A DNA stretch of 64,000 bases from an uncultured Chloroflexia bacterium. GTDB taxonomy: Bacteria; Chloroflexota; Limnocylindria; QHBO01. This document shows, in pieces, positions 50,068 through 58,536 of the stretch. The notes beneath the pieces were generated by a model. It did not search any database, was not told the origin of the DNA, and was given only the letters and a program-made list of their open reading frames with translations. Where the stretch lies: NCBI GenBank assembly GCA_963837425.1, contig CAWINH010000002.1, forward strand, positions 129,500 through 193,499, read 5' to 3'. Made by a program: the position numbers and the translations under genes. Numbering within the stretch: position 1 is the first letter of the stretch; each line of letters begins with the position of its first letter.

Positions 50068-50703
50068 ATGAGCCCCGACGACGAGCCGATCCCCACCGCG
50101 CTCGAGCGCGCGGCCCTCGGCTGGGACGAGGTGTATCGCGATGGGAGCCCGCCGTGGGACATCGGCCGGCCGCAGCCGGCCTTCGTGCGAATCGCCGATG
50201 CGGGTGAGGTCGCCGGCCCCGTCCTCGACTGTGGCTGCGGAACCGGCGAGCAGGCGTTGATGCTCGCGGAGCGGGGGCACGAGGTGCTCGGCATCGACCT
50301 GTCGCCGACCGCCGTCGCGACCGCGCGCCGCAAGGCGCAGGAGCGTAAGCTCAAGGCCACGTTCGCGGTCGGCAACGCGCTCGATCTCGGCAGCCTGGGG
50401 CGACGCTTCGCGACGGTCATCGACTCCGGCGTCTTCCATGTCTTCAACGACGCGGACCGAGCGCGCTACGTGCTGAGCCTGGCCTCGGTGCTCGACCCCG
50501 GGAGCGTCATCCACCTCGCCTGCTTTTCGGAGCTGACCCCGGGCACCGGCGGTCCGCGCCGGGTCACCCAGGCCGAGCTCCGCGCGGCGTTCGCCGACGG
50601 CTGGGAGGTCGACCGGATCGAGGGAGCCCGGTTCGAGGTCCGCGACCCGTTTGGCGCAGCGACGCCGCCCCACGCATGGATGGCGCGGATCGTCCGACGC
50701 TGA
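50068..50703 (+). CDS. Class I SAM-dependent methyltransferase.
   Basis: VLDCGCGTGEQ motif I, plus downstream motifs. Confidence 0.75.
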   Translation: MSPDDEPIPTALERAALGWDEVYRDGSPPWDIGRPQPAFVRIADAGEVAGPVLDCGCGTGEQALMLAERGHEVLGIDLSPTAVATARRKAQERKLKATFAVGNALDLGSLGRRFATVIDSGVFHVFNDADRARYVLSLASVLDPGSVIHLACFSELTPGTGGPRRVTQAELRAAFADGWEVDRIEGARFEVRDPFGAATPPHAWMARIVRR

Positions 50704-51472
50704 TCTGGCCCACCTCGAAGAGGAGCGGCGACTCGCGAACTCCCCGCAGCTCGTGGGCGCCCAGCGCACGGACCGTCACTCCGGCGGGCAACTCGTCGCC
50801 GAGCGCGGAGAGGGTCGCACCGGAGACGACGGTCTGGCGAGCGCCCGCCACCCGGCAGATGCGATTCACGGCGTGCACCGCCAAGCCGACGTAGCCCGCA
50901 TCGGTCAGGGTCGGGCGTCCGGAGTGGACGCCAATCCGGACGAGGACGGTCGCGCCTCGCGGCCACGCGTGATCGGCGAGGGCGCGGTGAATGGCCGACG
51001 CGGCGACGAGCGCCCCGGACGGCCGCTTGAAAACCGCGAAATACTCGTCCGCGCGGGCATCGACCTCCTGGCCGCCCGCGTGTCGAACGATCGTCCGCAG
51101 GTGGCGCCGCAGCTCGGTGAGGAGCGCCGCGTAGGCGTCCCCGAGCTCGTGGAGCAGGCCCGTCGAATCCACGATGTCGGTCATCAGGAAGGTGACCGCT
51201 CCGCTCGGCAGCGCGCGCGGGCCGGTGACCCGCAGTTGGCCTTCCATGAAGCCGACCGGGACGATCCCGTACCTGCGTGCGGCTCGCAGCAGCCGGCCCC
51301 TCGCCCGATCCCGGGCGGCCTCATCCTCGAAGAGGACCTGGTTGAAGCGGGCGAGCGCGTTTCGAACGTGCGCCTCGTCGTGAATCGGGAGCCGCCGCCG
51401 GCCACCCGAGTCAACGTAGGCGAACGCGCTGTCGCGCAGCGATCGTCGATTCTGCGCGCTGAGCTGCGGCAT
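50564..51472 (-). CDS. Class III adenylate/guanylate cyclase with an N-terminal extension of about 70 aa.
   Basis: VTFLMTDIVDSTGL...YFAVF...RIGVHSG. The low-complexity C-terminal tail overlaps the convergent methyltransferase gene by 140 bp. Confidence 0.7.
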   Translation of the reverse strand: MPQLSAQNRRSLRDSAFAYVDSGGRRRLPIHDEAHVRNALARFNQVLFEDEAARDRARGRLLRAARRYGIVPVGFMEGQLRVTGPRALPSGAVTFLMTDIVDSTGLLHELGDAYAALLTELRRHLRTIVRHAGGQEVDARADEYFAVFKRPSGALVAASAIHRALADHAWPRGATVLVRIGVHSGRPTLTDAGYVGLAVHAVNRICRVAGARQTVVSGATLSALGDELPAGVTVRALGAHELRGVRESPLLFEVGQISVGRSAPSMRGAASLRQTGRGPRTGLPRSGRPPSRRRTPRGARPG

Positions 51473-51565
51473 GCGTCGATGGTACCGCCACGAGCGCGCG
51501 TGTTAGCCTCGATGTAACTGGCTCGGGGAGTCCAGCGTCACGATGCAGCAGGAGGGTGCAACCGC

Positions 51566-51952
51566 GTGACGACGTTCACGGTGAATCGCCGACAACAGCT
51601 CTCGTTGGCCGTGTGGCCGGTCGTCGCATTTGCCTGCTTTGCACTGGGCGGCCTTCGCGCGCTCATCGTCTCTCTCTCGCAGGTCGGGGCGACGCCCACG
51701 TTCGGCAGCATCGTGGGCAGCATCGACTGGTCGCGCGACGTCCTCTACGCGATTGCGCTGGCCGCCCCGGCGGGGCTCATTGCGCTGGCCCAAGGCCGCC
51801 TCGAACGCGTGCGGTACGTCGACTCCGCGCTCGTCGCGGTGATCGTGGCGGCCGCGATGCTCGGCGCGCTGTGGTACGCGTACCAGATGGCGCCCGACCT
51901 CGTCGTGGCCAGCGTCGGAAACGTGCCCTCCGCGCTCGCCTCACCGCGGTAA
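51566..51952 (+). CDS. Hypothetical membrane protein.
   Basis: Four predicted TM helices. Confidence 0.4.
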   Translation: MTTFTVNRRQQLSLAVWPVVAFACFALGGLRALIVSLSQVGATPTFGSIVGSIDWSRDVLYAIALAAPAGLIALAQGRLERVRYVDSALVAVIVAAAMLGALWYAYQMAPDLVVASVGNVPSALASPR

Positions 51953-51961
51953 GGTTCCCCG

Positions 51962-52522
51962 GTGAGCTCATGGCTTGGACGTCTTTTCGGCGGGCGACAG
52001 CCCGCCGAGCCGCCTGCCCCCGTCGAGGCCACCGCGCCGTCGGAGCCACTCCCCGCGGATCCATCACCGGCCATCGTGGACGTGATGCCGGTGCAGGTCC
52101 TCGGCCCGGACGGGCCGCGATCGGTCGAGATTCGAACCGGCGGTGAGCGCATCACCGACGTGCTGAATCGGCTCGGTGAGGCCGAGTCGGACGGGATGCT
52201 GCTCGTCCTACCGCCGGAACAGGCCCACGATCCGCGCCGCCACCTGCATCGGCCCGGTCAATCGCTCCGCGTTCGGATCGAGCCATACGAGGTCGTGGGG
52301 CTCGTGCACGTGCCGCCGGGCTCGCAGCCAATGGGCTACCTGGGACGCGTGAATCCGCGCTTCGTCCCGTTGACCGATGCGGTCATCCGGCTCACCGACG
52401 GGAGCCCCGACGAGCTGCGCTCGTCGGTCGTCATCGTGAACCTGCCCCGCGCGCAGGAGGTGCGGGAGATCGCGGCGGCCGACCGCGAGCCCCGGGTGCG
52501 GGCCCAGGAACCCCCTTCCTGA
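51962..52522 (+). CDS. Hypothetical protein.
   Basis: 186-aa ORF with no recognised motif. Confidence 0.4.
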   Translation: MSSWLGRLFGGRQPAEPPAPVEATAPSEPLPADPSPAIVDVMPVQVLGPDGPRSVEIRTGGERITDVLNRLGEAESDGMLLVLPPEQAHDPRRHLHRPGQSLRVRIEPYEVVGLVHVPPGSQPMGYLGRVNPRFVPLTDAVIRLTDGSPDELRSSVVIVNLPRAQEVREIAAADREPRVRAQEPPS

Positions 52523-52542
52523 GCCGACTGCTGCGCGGCGCG

Positions 52543-53439
52543 CTGCTCGTGGGCGGTGCGGCTGCGCTGTGGGGGACGACCGGGACGGCGCGCGCACTGG
52601 GCCCTGAGAGTGCCAGCCCGATCTCCGTGGGCGCCTGGCGCATCGTCCTGGGCGGTGGCCTGCTCGCGATCCTGGCGGCGTCGTCCGGGCGCCTCCGGCC
52701 CGTCGTCGCGAGCGGCCGCGCGGGGGCGATTGCGCTCGTCGTGGGCGGCGCGGTGGTGGCGACCTATCAGCTCGCCTTCTTCACCGCCGTGGCCCGGACC
52801 GGGGTGGCGGTCGGGACCGTCGTGGCGATCGGCAGCGCACCGCTGCTCACCGCGCTCGCATCGCGCCTGGCCGGCGGGCCGCGGATCGGCGGCCGCTGGT
52901 TGGCCGCCACCGCCGGCGCGATCGCTGGGTGCGCGATGCTGGTGCTGGCCGGGCGCTCCGGCGGGGTCGAGCCGCTCGGCGTCGGGCTGGCCCTCGTCGC
53001 CGGCGGCAGCTACGCGATCTACGCGGTTGCCGCATCACGCCTCATTCGTGCCGGCCTCCCCGAGACGGGGGTGATGGGCGCCGTCTTCGGGATCGGCGCG
53101 CTGTTCCTGCTGCCGGTCGCCATCGGCTCCGACAGCGCGTGGCTCGGGACGGCGGCCGGCGCGGCCGTCGCCGGTTGGCTGGCGGTGATGGCCACCGTCG
53201 TCGCCTACCTGCTCTACGGCGGCGGCCTGCGTCGGATCGGGGTCTCGCTGGCGGCCACCATCGGCCTCGCCGAGCCGGCGGTCGCCACGCTCCTCGGCCT
53301 GCTCGTCCTACACGAGGCGCTGAGCCTGCCAGCGGGGATTGGGCTGTTCCTGCTCGCCGCTTCGCTCGTCGCGGCCGTCCTGGTTCCGGATGCGGCTGCC
53401 AGCCTCGAATCCGGGGACGGCGACGCGCGCCTAGACTGA
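52543..53439 (+). CDS. EamA/DMT-family transporter.
   Basis: Ten TM helices and twin EamA-like halves. A GTG start is inferred. Confidence 0.7.
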   Translation: MLVGGAAALWGTTGTARALGPESASPISVGAWRIVLGGGLLAILAASSGRLRPVVASGRAGAIALVVGGAVVATYQLAFFTAVARTGVAVGTVVAIGSAPLLTALASRLAGGPRIGGRWLAATAGAIAGCAMLVLAGRSGGVEPLGVGLALVAGGSYAIYAVAASRLIRAGLPETGVMGAVFGIGALFLLPVAIGSDSAWLGTAAGAAVAGWLAVMATVVAYLLYGGGLRRIGVSLAATIGLAEPAVATLLGLLVLHEALSLPAGIGLFLLAASLVAAVLVPDAAASLESGDGDARLD

Positions 53440-53442
53440 GCC

Positions 53443-54093
53443 TTGATGCCCGGTGCCTGCTGCGCCCGCGACTACGACGCCCAGTTCGACGACGAGCGGG
53501 CGCGCCGCGACCTGCTCGACTACCGGGAGGGCGGCGCGGACGCGAGCACCCGGCGGCTCATCGAGGCGCTGCTGGCCGAGGGCGTCGAGGGCGCTTCGCT
53601 GCTCGACATCGGCGGTGGGATCGGTGCCGTTCAGCTCGAGCTGCTGGCCGCCGGGGCCGGCAGCAGCCTCGACGTCGACGCCTCCGGGCCATACCTCGCC
53701 ACGGCTGAGGCCGAGGCCACCGATCGCGGCCTGGCGGATCGGACCCGGTACCTCCACGGAGACTTCGTGGCGGTCGCCGAGGAGGTCGATGACGCCGACA
53801 TCGTCACCCTCGACCGCGTGATCTGCTGCTACCCGTATGTCGAGGCCCTGGTGCGCGGCTCGGTCGCCCGGGCCCGGCGCCTGTACGGGCTGGTCTATCC
53901 GCGCGACGCGTGGTGGGTACGGCTCTTCATGCACCTCGGGAACCTGTGGTGCGGCATCACCCGGAACGAGTTCCGGGTCTACGTCCACCGCCAGGCGACC
54001 CTCGACCGTCTACTCGCCGAGGCCCGCATGGTCCCGGTCTCGGCGCACGCCGGCCTCCTGTGGCGGACCGCGGTCTGGCGTCGCGAGGCATAG
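53443..54093 (+). CDS. Class I SAM-dependent methyltransferase.
   Basis: LLDIGGGIGAV motif I and an acidic motif II DIVTLDRV. Confidence 0.7.
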   Translation: MMPGACCARDYDAQFDDERARRDLLDYREGGADASTRRLIEALLAEGVEGASLLDIGGGIGAVQLELLAAGAGSSLDVDASGPYLATAEAEATDRGLADRTRYLHGDFVAVAEEVDDADIVTLDRVICCYPYVEALVRGSVARARRLYGLVYPRDAWWVRLFMHLGNLWCGITRNEFRVYVHRQATLDRLLAEARMVPVSAHAGLLWRTAVWRREA

Positions 54094-54203
54094 GCCGGCG
54101 CGATCGCGCGAAATCTGCCATCTGGCCCTTGTCGCCCCGGGGGCCGCGGCGCAGTCTCAATCACGGTCGATCATTTCGTAGGCATCCAAGGAGGATAGGA
54201 GTG

Positions 54204-54530
54204 ATGCTCGATCTCTTCGGCTGGAATCTGGGCATGACCGGGTGGTCAATCGCCCTCCTGATCGTCGGCGCCGTGATCATCGGAGCCATCCTGCAGTACG
54301 TCGGCGACGTCACCATCGGATACGAGTGGAGCGTCGCTGGCCTCGCCGCGCTGGTCGGCGGATGGCTCGGCAGCGAGGCATTCGGAACGGCCAGCACCTG
54401 GGGCCCGGACTGGGAGGGGATGTACCTCCTGCCGGCGCTCATCGGCGCTGTCGTCCTGGGCTTCGTGGTGGACCTGGCGGTGCGCTACGCGACCGGTGGG
54501 TCGCTCGTGCACCATCCGCGACCGATCTGA
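54204..54530 (+). CDS. Small membrane protein, GlsB/YeaQ/YmgE-like.
   Basis: Strong Shine-Dalgarno sequence aaggagga 8 nt upstream. GxxxG-rich TM helices. Confidence 0.55.
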   Translation: MLDLFGWNLGMTGWSIALLIVGAVIIGAILQYVGDVTIGYEWSVAGLAALVGGWLGSEAFGTASTWGPDWEGMYLLPALIGAVVLGFVVDLAVRYATGGSLVHHPRPI

Positions 54531-54725
54531 GCCCGAGGATTCCTCGGAGGCAGGCCCGGTCCTGCGTGGATCGGGCCTGTTCCACGTATCTCGGCTTCCT
54601 GGCCGTGGGCGTGCTCGCCGAGTTGCGGCCGATACCCGCCGTTCCGTACCATCGGAGCGACATGCCCACCCGATCCCGCGAGGACTGCCGAGCACGAACC
54701 GTCGTGAGCCGCGACCCCTGAGCCG

Positions 54726-56258
54726 ATGCACCTGAGCCTCACCCGCCGGCGATTCGGCGTGCCCACCGCCGTCCTGGCCGTTGACGTCGTCCTCCTCGTT
54801 TTCGCAGGCGGCTGCCAGCTGGCGGACGCCGGGATCGGACCCGGCCTCCTCTTTGTCCTGCTGATCGTGGGGCTCGTGGTTGGACTCAGCGTGGTCGGGA
54901 TGCTGATCGTCAACCACGAGCGGACGAACGCGGTGGGCTGGATCTTCATGGCGAGCTCGATTGGCATGGCCGTTACCACGGCCTCCTACACCTGGGTCGC
55001 ACTGAGCCAGGATCGGCACGGGCTGACCCTGCCGGGCACCGTCTTCGCGGCGTGGCTCGACAGCTGGATCGCCATCCCCAGCCTGATCCTGATGGTCATC
55101 TTCGTTCCGCTCCTCTTTCCCGACGGTCACCTGCCGTCGCCCCGATGGCGATGGGTCGCTGCGTTTGCAGGGGTGGGAATCGTGGCCACCAGCGTGGGCT
55201 CGGCGATCGTTCCGGGCCCGATGAGCGGGACCGATATCGAGAACCCGATCGGGATTGCGTTGGGACACCCGCTCATCGACGTGGTGAGCGTCATCGATCC
55301 ACTGAGCGGCTTGATCGTGTTCGCGCTCGCGATCGTGGCGGTCGTGACCCGCTATCGGCACGGTTCCCCCACTGAGCGGCTGCAGCTGCGCTGGTTCGCG
55401 TTCCCGGCGACGGTCGCCATCGTCTGCCTGGGACTGTCCTTTATCTTCGAGACCGGCGTGGTGGGCGACGTGGCCTGGATCGTGGGGCTCGTGGCGATCA
55501 CGAGCGTGCCGGTGGCGATCGGCATTGCCGTCCTTCGCTACCGGCTGTACGACATCGACGTCCTGCTGAACCGGACCGCCGTGTATGCCACCGTCAGCGC
55601 CCTGCTGGCGGCGGCCTTCGTGGTAGGCAACATCGGCCTCCAGTACGTCGTCGAGTCGTTCACGCACCAGCGCTCGGAGCTGCTCTCCGGTGCGTTGGGG
55701 GTGGGCGTGGGCCTCCTGTTCGTCCCGATGCGACGCTGGATACGGCCGGTGATCGATCGCCTCCTGCCCGGCCGCGCGGTGCTCGCCCTGCTCTTCACCG
55801 ACATCGTCGGCTCCACGGAGCGCATCGTGGACATTGGCGACGAGCGCTGGCGCGCGCTCCTCGGGCAGTATCTCGCCGCGGTACGAGGGGAGCTCGCCAC
55901 TCACCGGGGGCATGAGGTGAACACCGCGGGTGACGCATTCTTCGCCACCTTCCACCGGCCGCTCGACGCACTCCACGCGGCATGGGGCATCCGTGCCTCC
56001 GTGCAGCAGCTGGGTCTCGAGACGCGAACCGGCCTCCACCTCGGCGAGGTCGAGATGCGCGGTGAGCAGGTGAGCGGCCTGGCGGTGCACACGGCCGCGC
56101 GGGTGATGGCCGCGGCCGGCGATGGCGAGGTGTTCGTCTCCGATGCGATGCGCGATGCGATCCACGCGGGCGAGGTCTCGCTGCGGGACCGCGGACGCCA
56201 CGAGCTCAAGGGCGTCCCAGGCGACTGGCGCCTCTACGCGGTCGAGGCCGCGGGCTGA
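54726..56258 (+). CDS. Membrane-anchored class III adenylate/guanylate cyclase.
   Basis: 6-7 N-terminal TM helices, then LLFTDIVGSTER...NTAGDAFFATF...LHLGEVE. Confidence 0.8.
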   Translation: MHLSLTRRRFGVPTAVLAVDVVLLVFAGGCQLADAGIGPGLLFVLLIVGLVVGLSVVGMLIVNHERTNAVGWIFMASSIGMAVTTASYTWVALSQDRHGLTLPGTVFAAWLDSWIAIPSLILMVIFVPLLFPDGHLPSPRWRWVAAFAGVGIVATSVGSAIVPGPMSGTDIENPIGIALGHPLIDVVSVIDPLSGLIVFALAIVAVVTRYRHGSPTERLQLRWFAFPATVAIVCLGLSFIFETGVVGDVAWIVGLVAITSVPVAIGIAVLRYRLYDIDVLLNRTAVYATVSALLAAAFVVGNIGLQYVVESFTHQRSELLSGALGVGVGLLFVPMRRWIRPVIDRLLPGRAVLALLFTDIVGSTERIVDIGDERWRALLGQYLAAVRGELATHRGHEVNTAGDAFFATFHRPLDALHAAWGIRASVQQLGLETRTGLHLGEVEMRGEQVSGLAVHTAARVMAAAGDGEVFVSDAMRDAIHAGEVSLRDRGRHELKGVPGDWRLYAVEAAG

Positions 56259-56268
56259 AGGGAGCCGA

Positions 56269-57549
56269 TCACTGGCGGAGCGCGGCTCTCAGGTCCAGAG
56301 CTTCGCGAGCGAGGGTGGCCGCCGCCTGCCTGCTCACCCACCGCGGGCTGAGGCCGCGCACCTGGTTCGCGAATGCCTGGAGCTGCGCCATCGCGGCCCG
56401 CGTGTGCCCGCCCGCCAGGAAGCGTTCGACGCGTGACAGACGAGCGGTCAGGAGGCGCGCCTTGGAAGGGGCGACGTCGCCGTTCGCGATGCAGCCGGCG
56501 AGCAGGGCCTTGAGGGCGTCCATGCTCGGGACACTGGCCGGGGGCTCCCTGACGGTGACGGCCAGCTGGCAGGTCGCCTCCTGGGCCGGCGTTGCATTGG
56601 TCAAGGCGGTGACCGTGACGTCGTACGAGCCGGCCGGGGTCGTCGCGCCGACGCGGACCTGGGCGGTCGCCGCCGCGCCGATCGTGGATGCCGGGGAGAC
56701 CACGCCGAGCGTCACCGACCCGGGGTCGGGCGCCGCCGTAAGGCCGAAGCTGACGACGAGTCCATCCGGGTCGGCGGCGCTCACCGTGGTCAGGACCGCG
56801 GTGCCGGCGTCCGTGCTGACCGGCGCTCCGCAATCCGCTGTGGGCGGCGCGTCATAGGGCGACGCCGCGGTCGGGGTGTTCGTTGGCCCGAGCTGGTAGT
56901 CCGCCAGCACCCAGTCGGCGGCCGTGTCCGTATCGACGCCGTCGCTCGCCCGGCGCGCGCCGGCCGGCAGGAACCCATCATCGAGGCCGGGAAGCGGTGC
57001 GCCGAAGTACCAGATGTCGGTTGGGCCGCCGTCGCTGAAGGCGACGGCGTCGAGCACCGTCTCCGATCCGGTCACCGGTGAACCGGGCGCCGGTGCGCTG
57101 GCCGTCTTGACCAGCGCGACCGTCTGACTGCCATTTTCGAACCAGTCATTGCCGATGCTCACGTCCGGCGTCACGCCGTAATGCGTTCCGAGTCCGACCG
57201 GGTTGCCCACGAGGTAGAAGCCATTCCCGCCGAGATGAGCTCCCGCGTCGAAGTCGAGGCGTTGGTCTACCGTCCCCGGCCCGGTGCTCGAATCGCCCTC
57301 GACGACGAGCAGGCTCAGGCCGGCGAGCGAGGCGCCCGGCGTGCCGTACAGCTCGGCGTACTCGGTGTCGTCGGGCGAGCCCATGTGGCTGATCAGCACC
57401 TCGTTGAGGAGGACCGGATCACCGGTCGCGGCGCGCCCACGGGCCAGCGGAAGAAGGACGCCGACGATGAGCGCCACAGCCGCCCCCAGGGCGAGCGCGC
57501 GGGGCGAGATGGCCGGTCCGAAGCGAGCTGATGGCACCATGCGAGCCAA
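56269..57549 (-). CDS. Secreted lamin-tail-domain (LTD) protein.
   Basis: Signal anchor, then DPVLLNEVLISHMGSPDDTEYAELYG, which has the LTD pattern. Confidence 0.6.
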   Translation of the reverse strand: MARMVPSARFGPAISPRALALGAAVALIVGVLLPLARGRAATGDPVLLNEVLISHMGSPDDTEYAELYGTPGASLAGLSLLVVEGDSSTGPGTVDQRLDFDAGAHLGGNGFYLVGNPVGLGTHYGVTPDVSIGNDWFENGSQTVALVKTASAPAPGSPVTGSETVLDAVAFSDGGPTDIWYFGAPLPGLDDGFLPAGARRASDGVDTDTAADWVLADYQLGPTNTPTAASPYDAPPTADCGAPVSTDAGTAVLTTVSAADPDGLVVSFGLTAAPDPGSVTLGVVSPASTIGAAATAQVRVGATTPAGSYDVTVTALTNATPAQEATCQLAVTVREPPASVPSMDALKALLAGCIANGDVAPSKARLLTARLSRVERFLAGGHTRAAMAQLQAFANQVRGLSPRWVSRQAAATLAREALDLRAALRQ

Positions 57550-57670
57550 CGTACTGCGTCGCCCGCTGCGTGCCCAGCGAGAAACCCGTACCGATCAGGT
57601 GCGCTGGTGCACCTGACCAGTCGCACCCCGATTGCGGTACCTCCGGCGCCGGGCTGGCTAGACTCCCCCC

Positions 57671-58198
57671 GTGGAGCCGATGCTGCCGAGCGAGCCCGTG
57701 CAACCTCTGGAGCCGATGGTGCCGATGGTGCCGATGCGAGCGGTCCGGCCGCGCCGCCCGGCGGCTGTGACCGCGGCCGCGATTGCGCTCATCGTGCTCG
57801 GCGCGCTCATCGGCCTCGGCGGATTGCTGTTCACCCTGTTGGGCGCCCTGGTCGGCGCGGTTGGCGAGGTGCCGCCGGAGCTCAGCGACCAGCTGGGTTC
57901 GCTGTCCCTGAATGCCGTTGGCGGGCTCGCAATCGTGGTCGGCCTGGCACTCGCCGCCTTCGGCGCTGTGAGCGTTGCGAGCGGCATCGGAGCACTCGTG
58001 GGGCGCAGCTGGGCCCGGGTGGCCGGGATGATCGCCGCCCTGCTCGGGACGATCTTCAGCCTCACCGGGATCTTTCCGGTCTCCGACGGGGCTCTCGCCG
58101 GCGGGATCGTCTCACTGTTGCTGGTGGCGACCTACGCGTTCAGCGCATGGACCCTCATCACCTCGGCCGGCTGGTTCACGACGGCTGCGACCGGCTGA
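57671..58198 (+). CDS. Hypothetical membrane protein.
   Basis: Four TM helices. Confidence 0.45.
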   Translation: MEPMLPSEPVQPLEPMVPMVPMRAVRPRRPAAVTAAAIALIVLGALIGLGGLLFTLLGALVGAVGEVPPELSDQLGSLSLNAVGGLAIVVGLALAAFGAVSVASGIGALVGRSWARVAGMIAALLGTIFSLTGIFPVSDGALAGGIVSLLLVATYAFSAWTLITSAGWFTTAATG

Positions 58199-58242
58199 CG
58201 GTCCCCGCGGGTCGTGCGCCGAGCGTTTCGCCGGGTCCATCT

Positions 58243-58452
58243 GTCAACCGCGCCCCGGAGGAGCGTTATCCACCTCGCGACGTCATTCGAGCGCGCGGAG
58301 CCGCTGTTGGCGAGCGTGCGACGGTCACCCGCGGCCGGCGCCGCCCGCTCCCGGAGCGGATAGCGTGCCGACCATGCGCGGTTGAACAGTCGGCGGGCCG
58401 CTTCGCGAGCCTGGAGCGGATAGCGTGCCCACCATGCGCGGTTGATGAGTCA
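58243..58452. repeat. MITE-like element family B, with a duplicated 3-prime terminal inverted repeat.
   Basis: tcaaccgcgcc..ggagcgttatcc ... ggagcggatagcgtgccgaccatgcgcggttga, and the last 50 bp are repeated. Confidence 0.65.
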
Positions 58453-58536
58453 GAGGCCACGTCGCCAACGCGGGGAGGAATCTGCTAGCATCCGGTAGCC
58501 GATTTCTGCATCGGCATATGTTGGAAGCTGAAAGGT

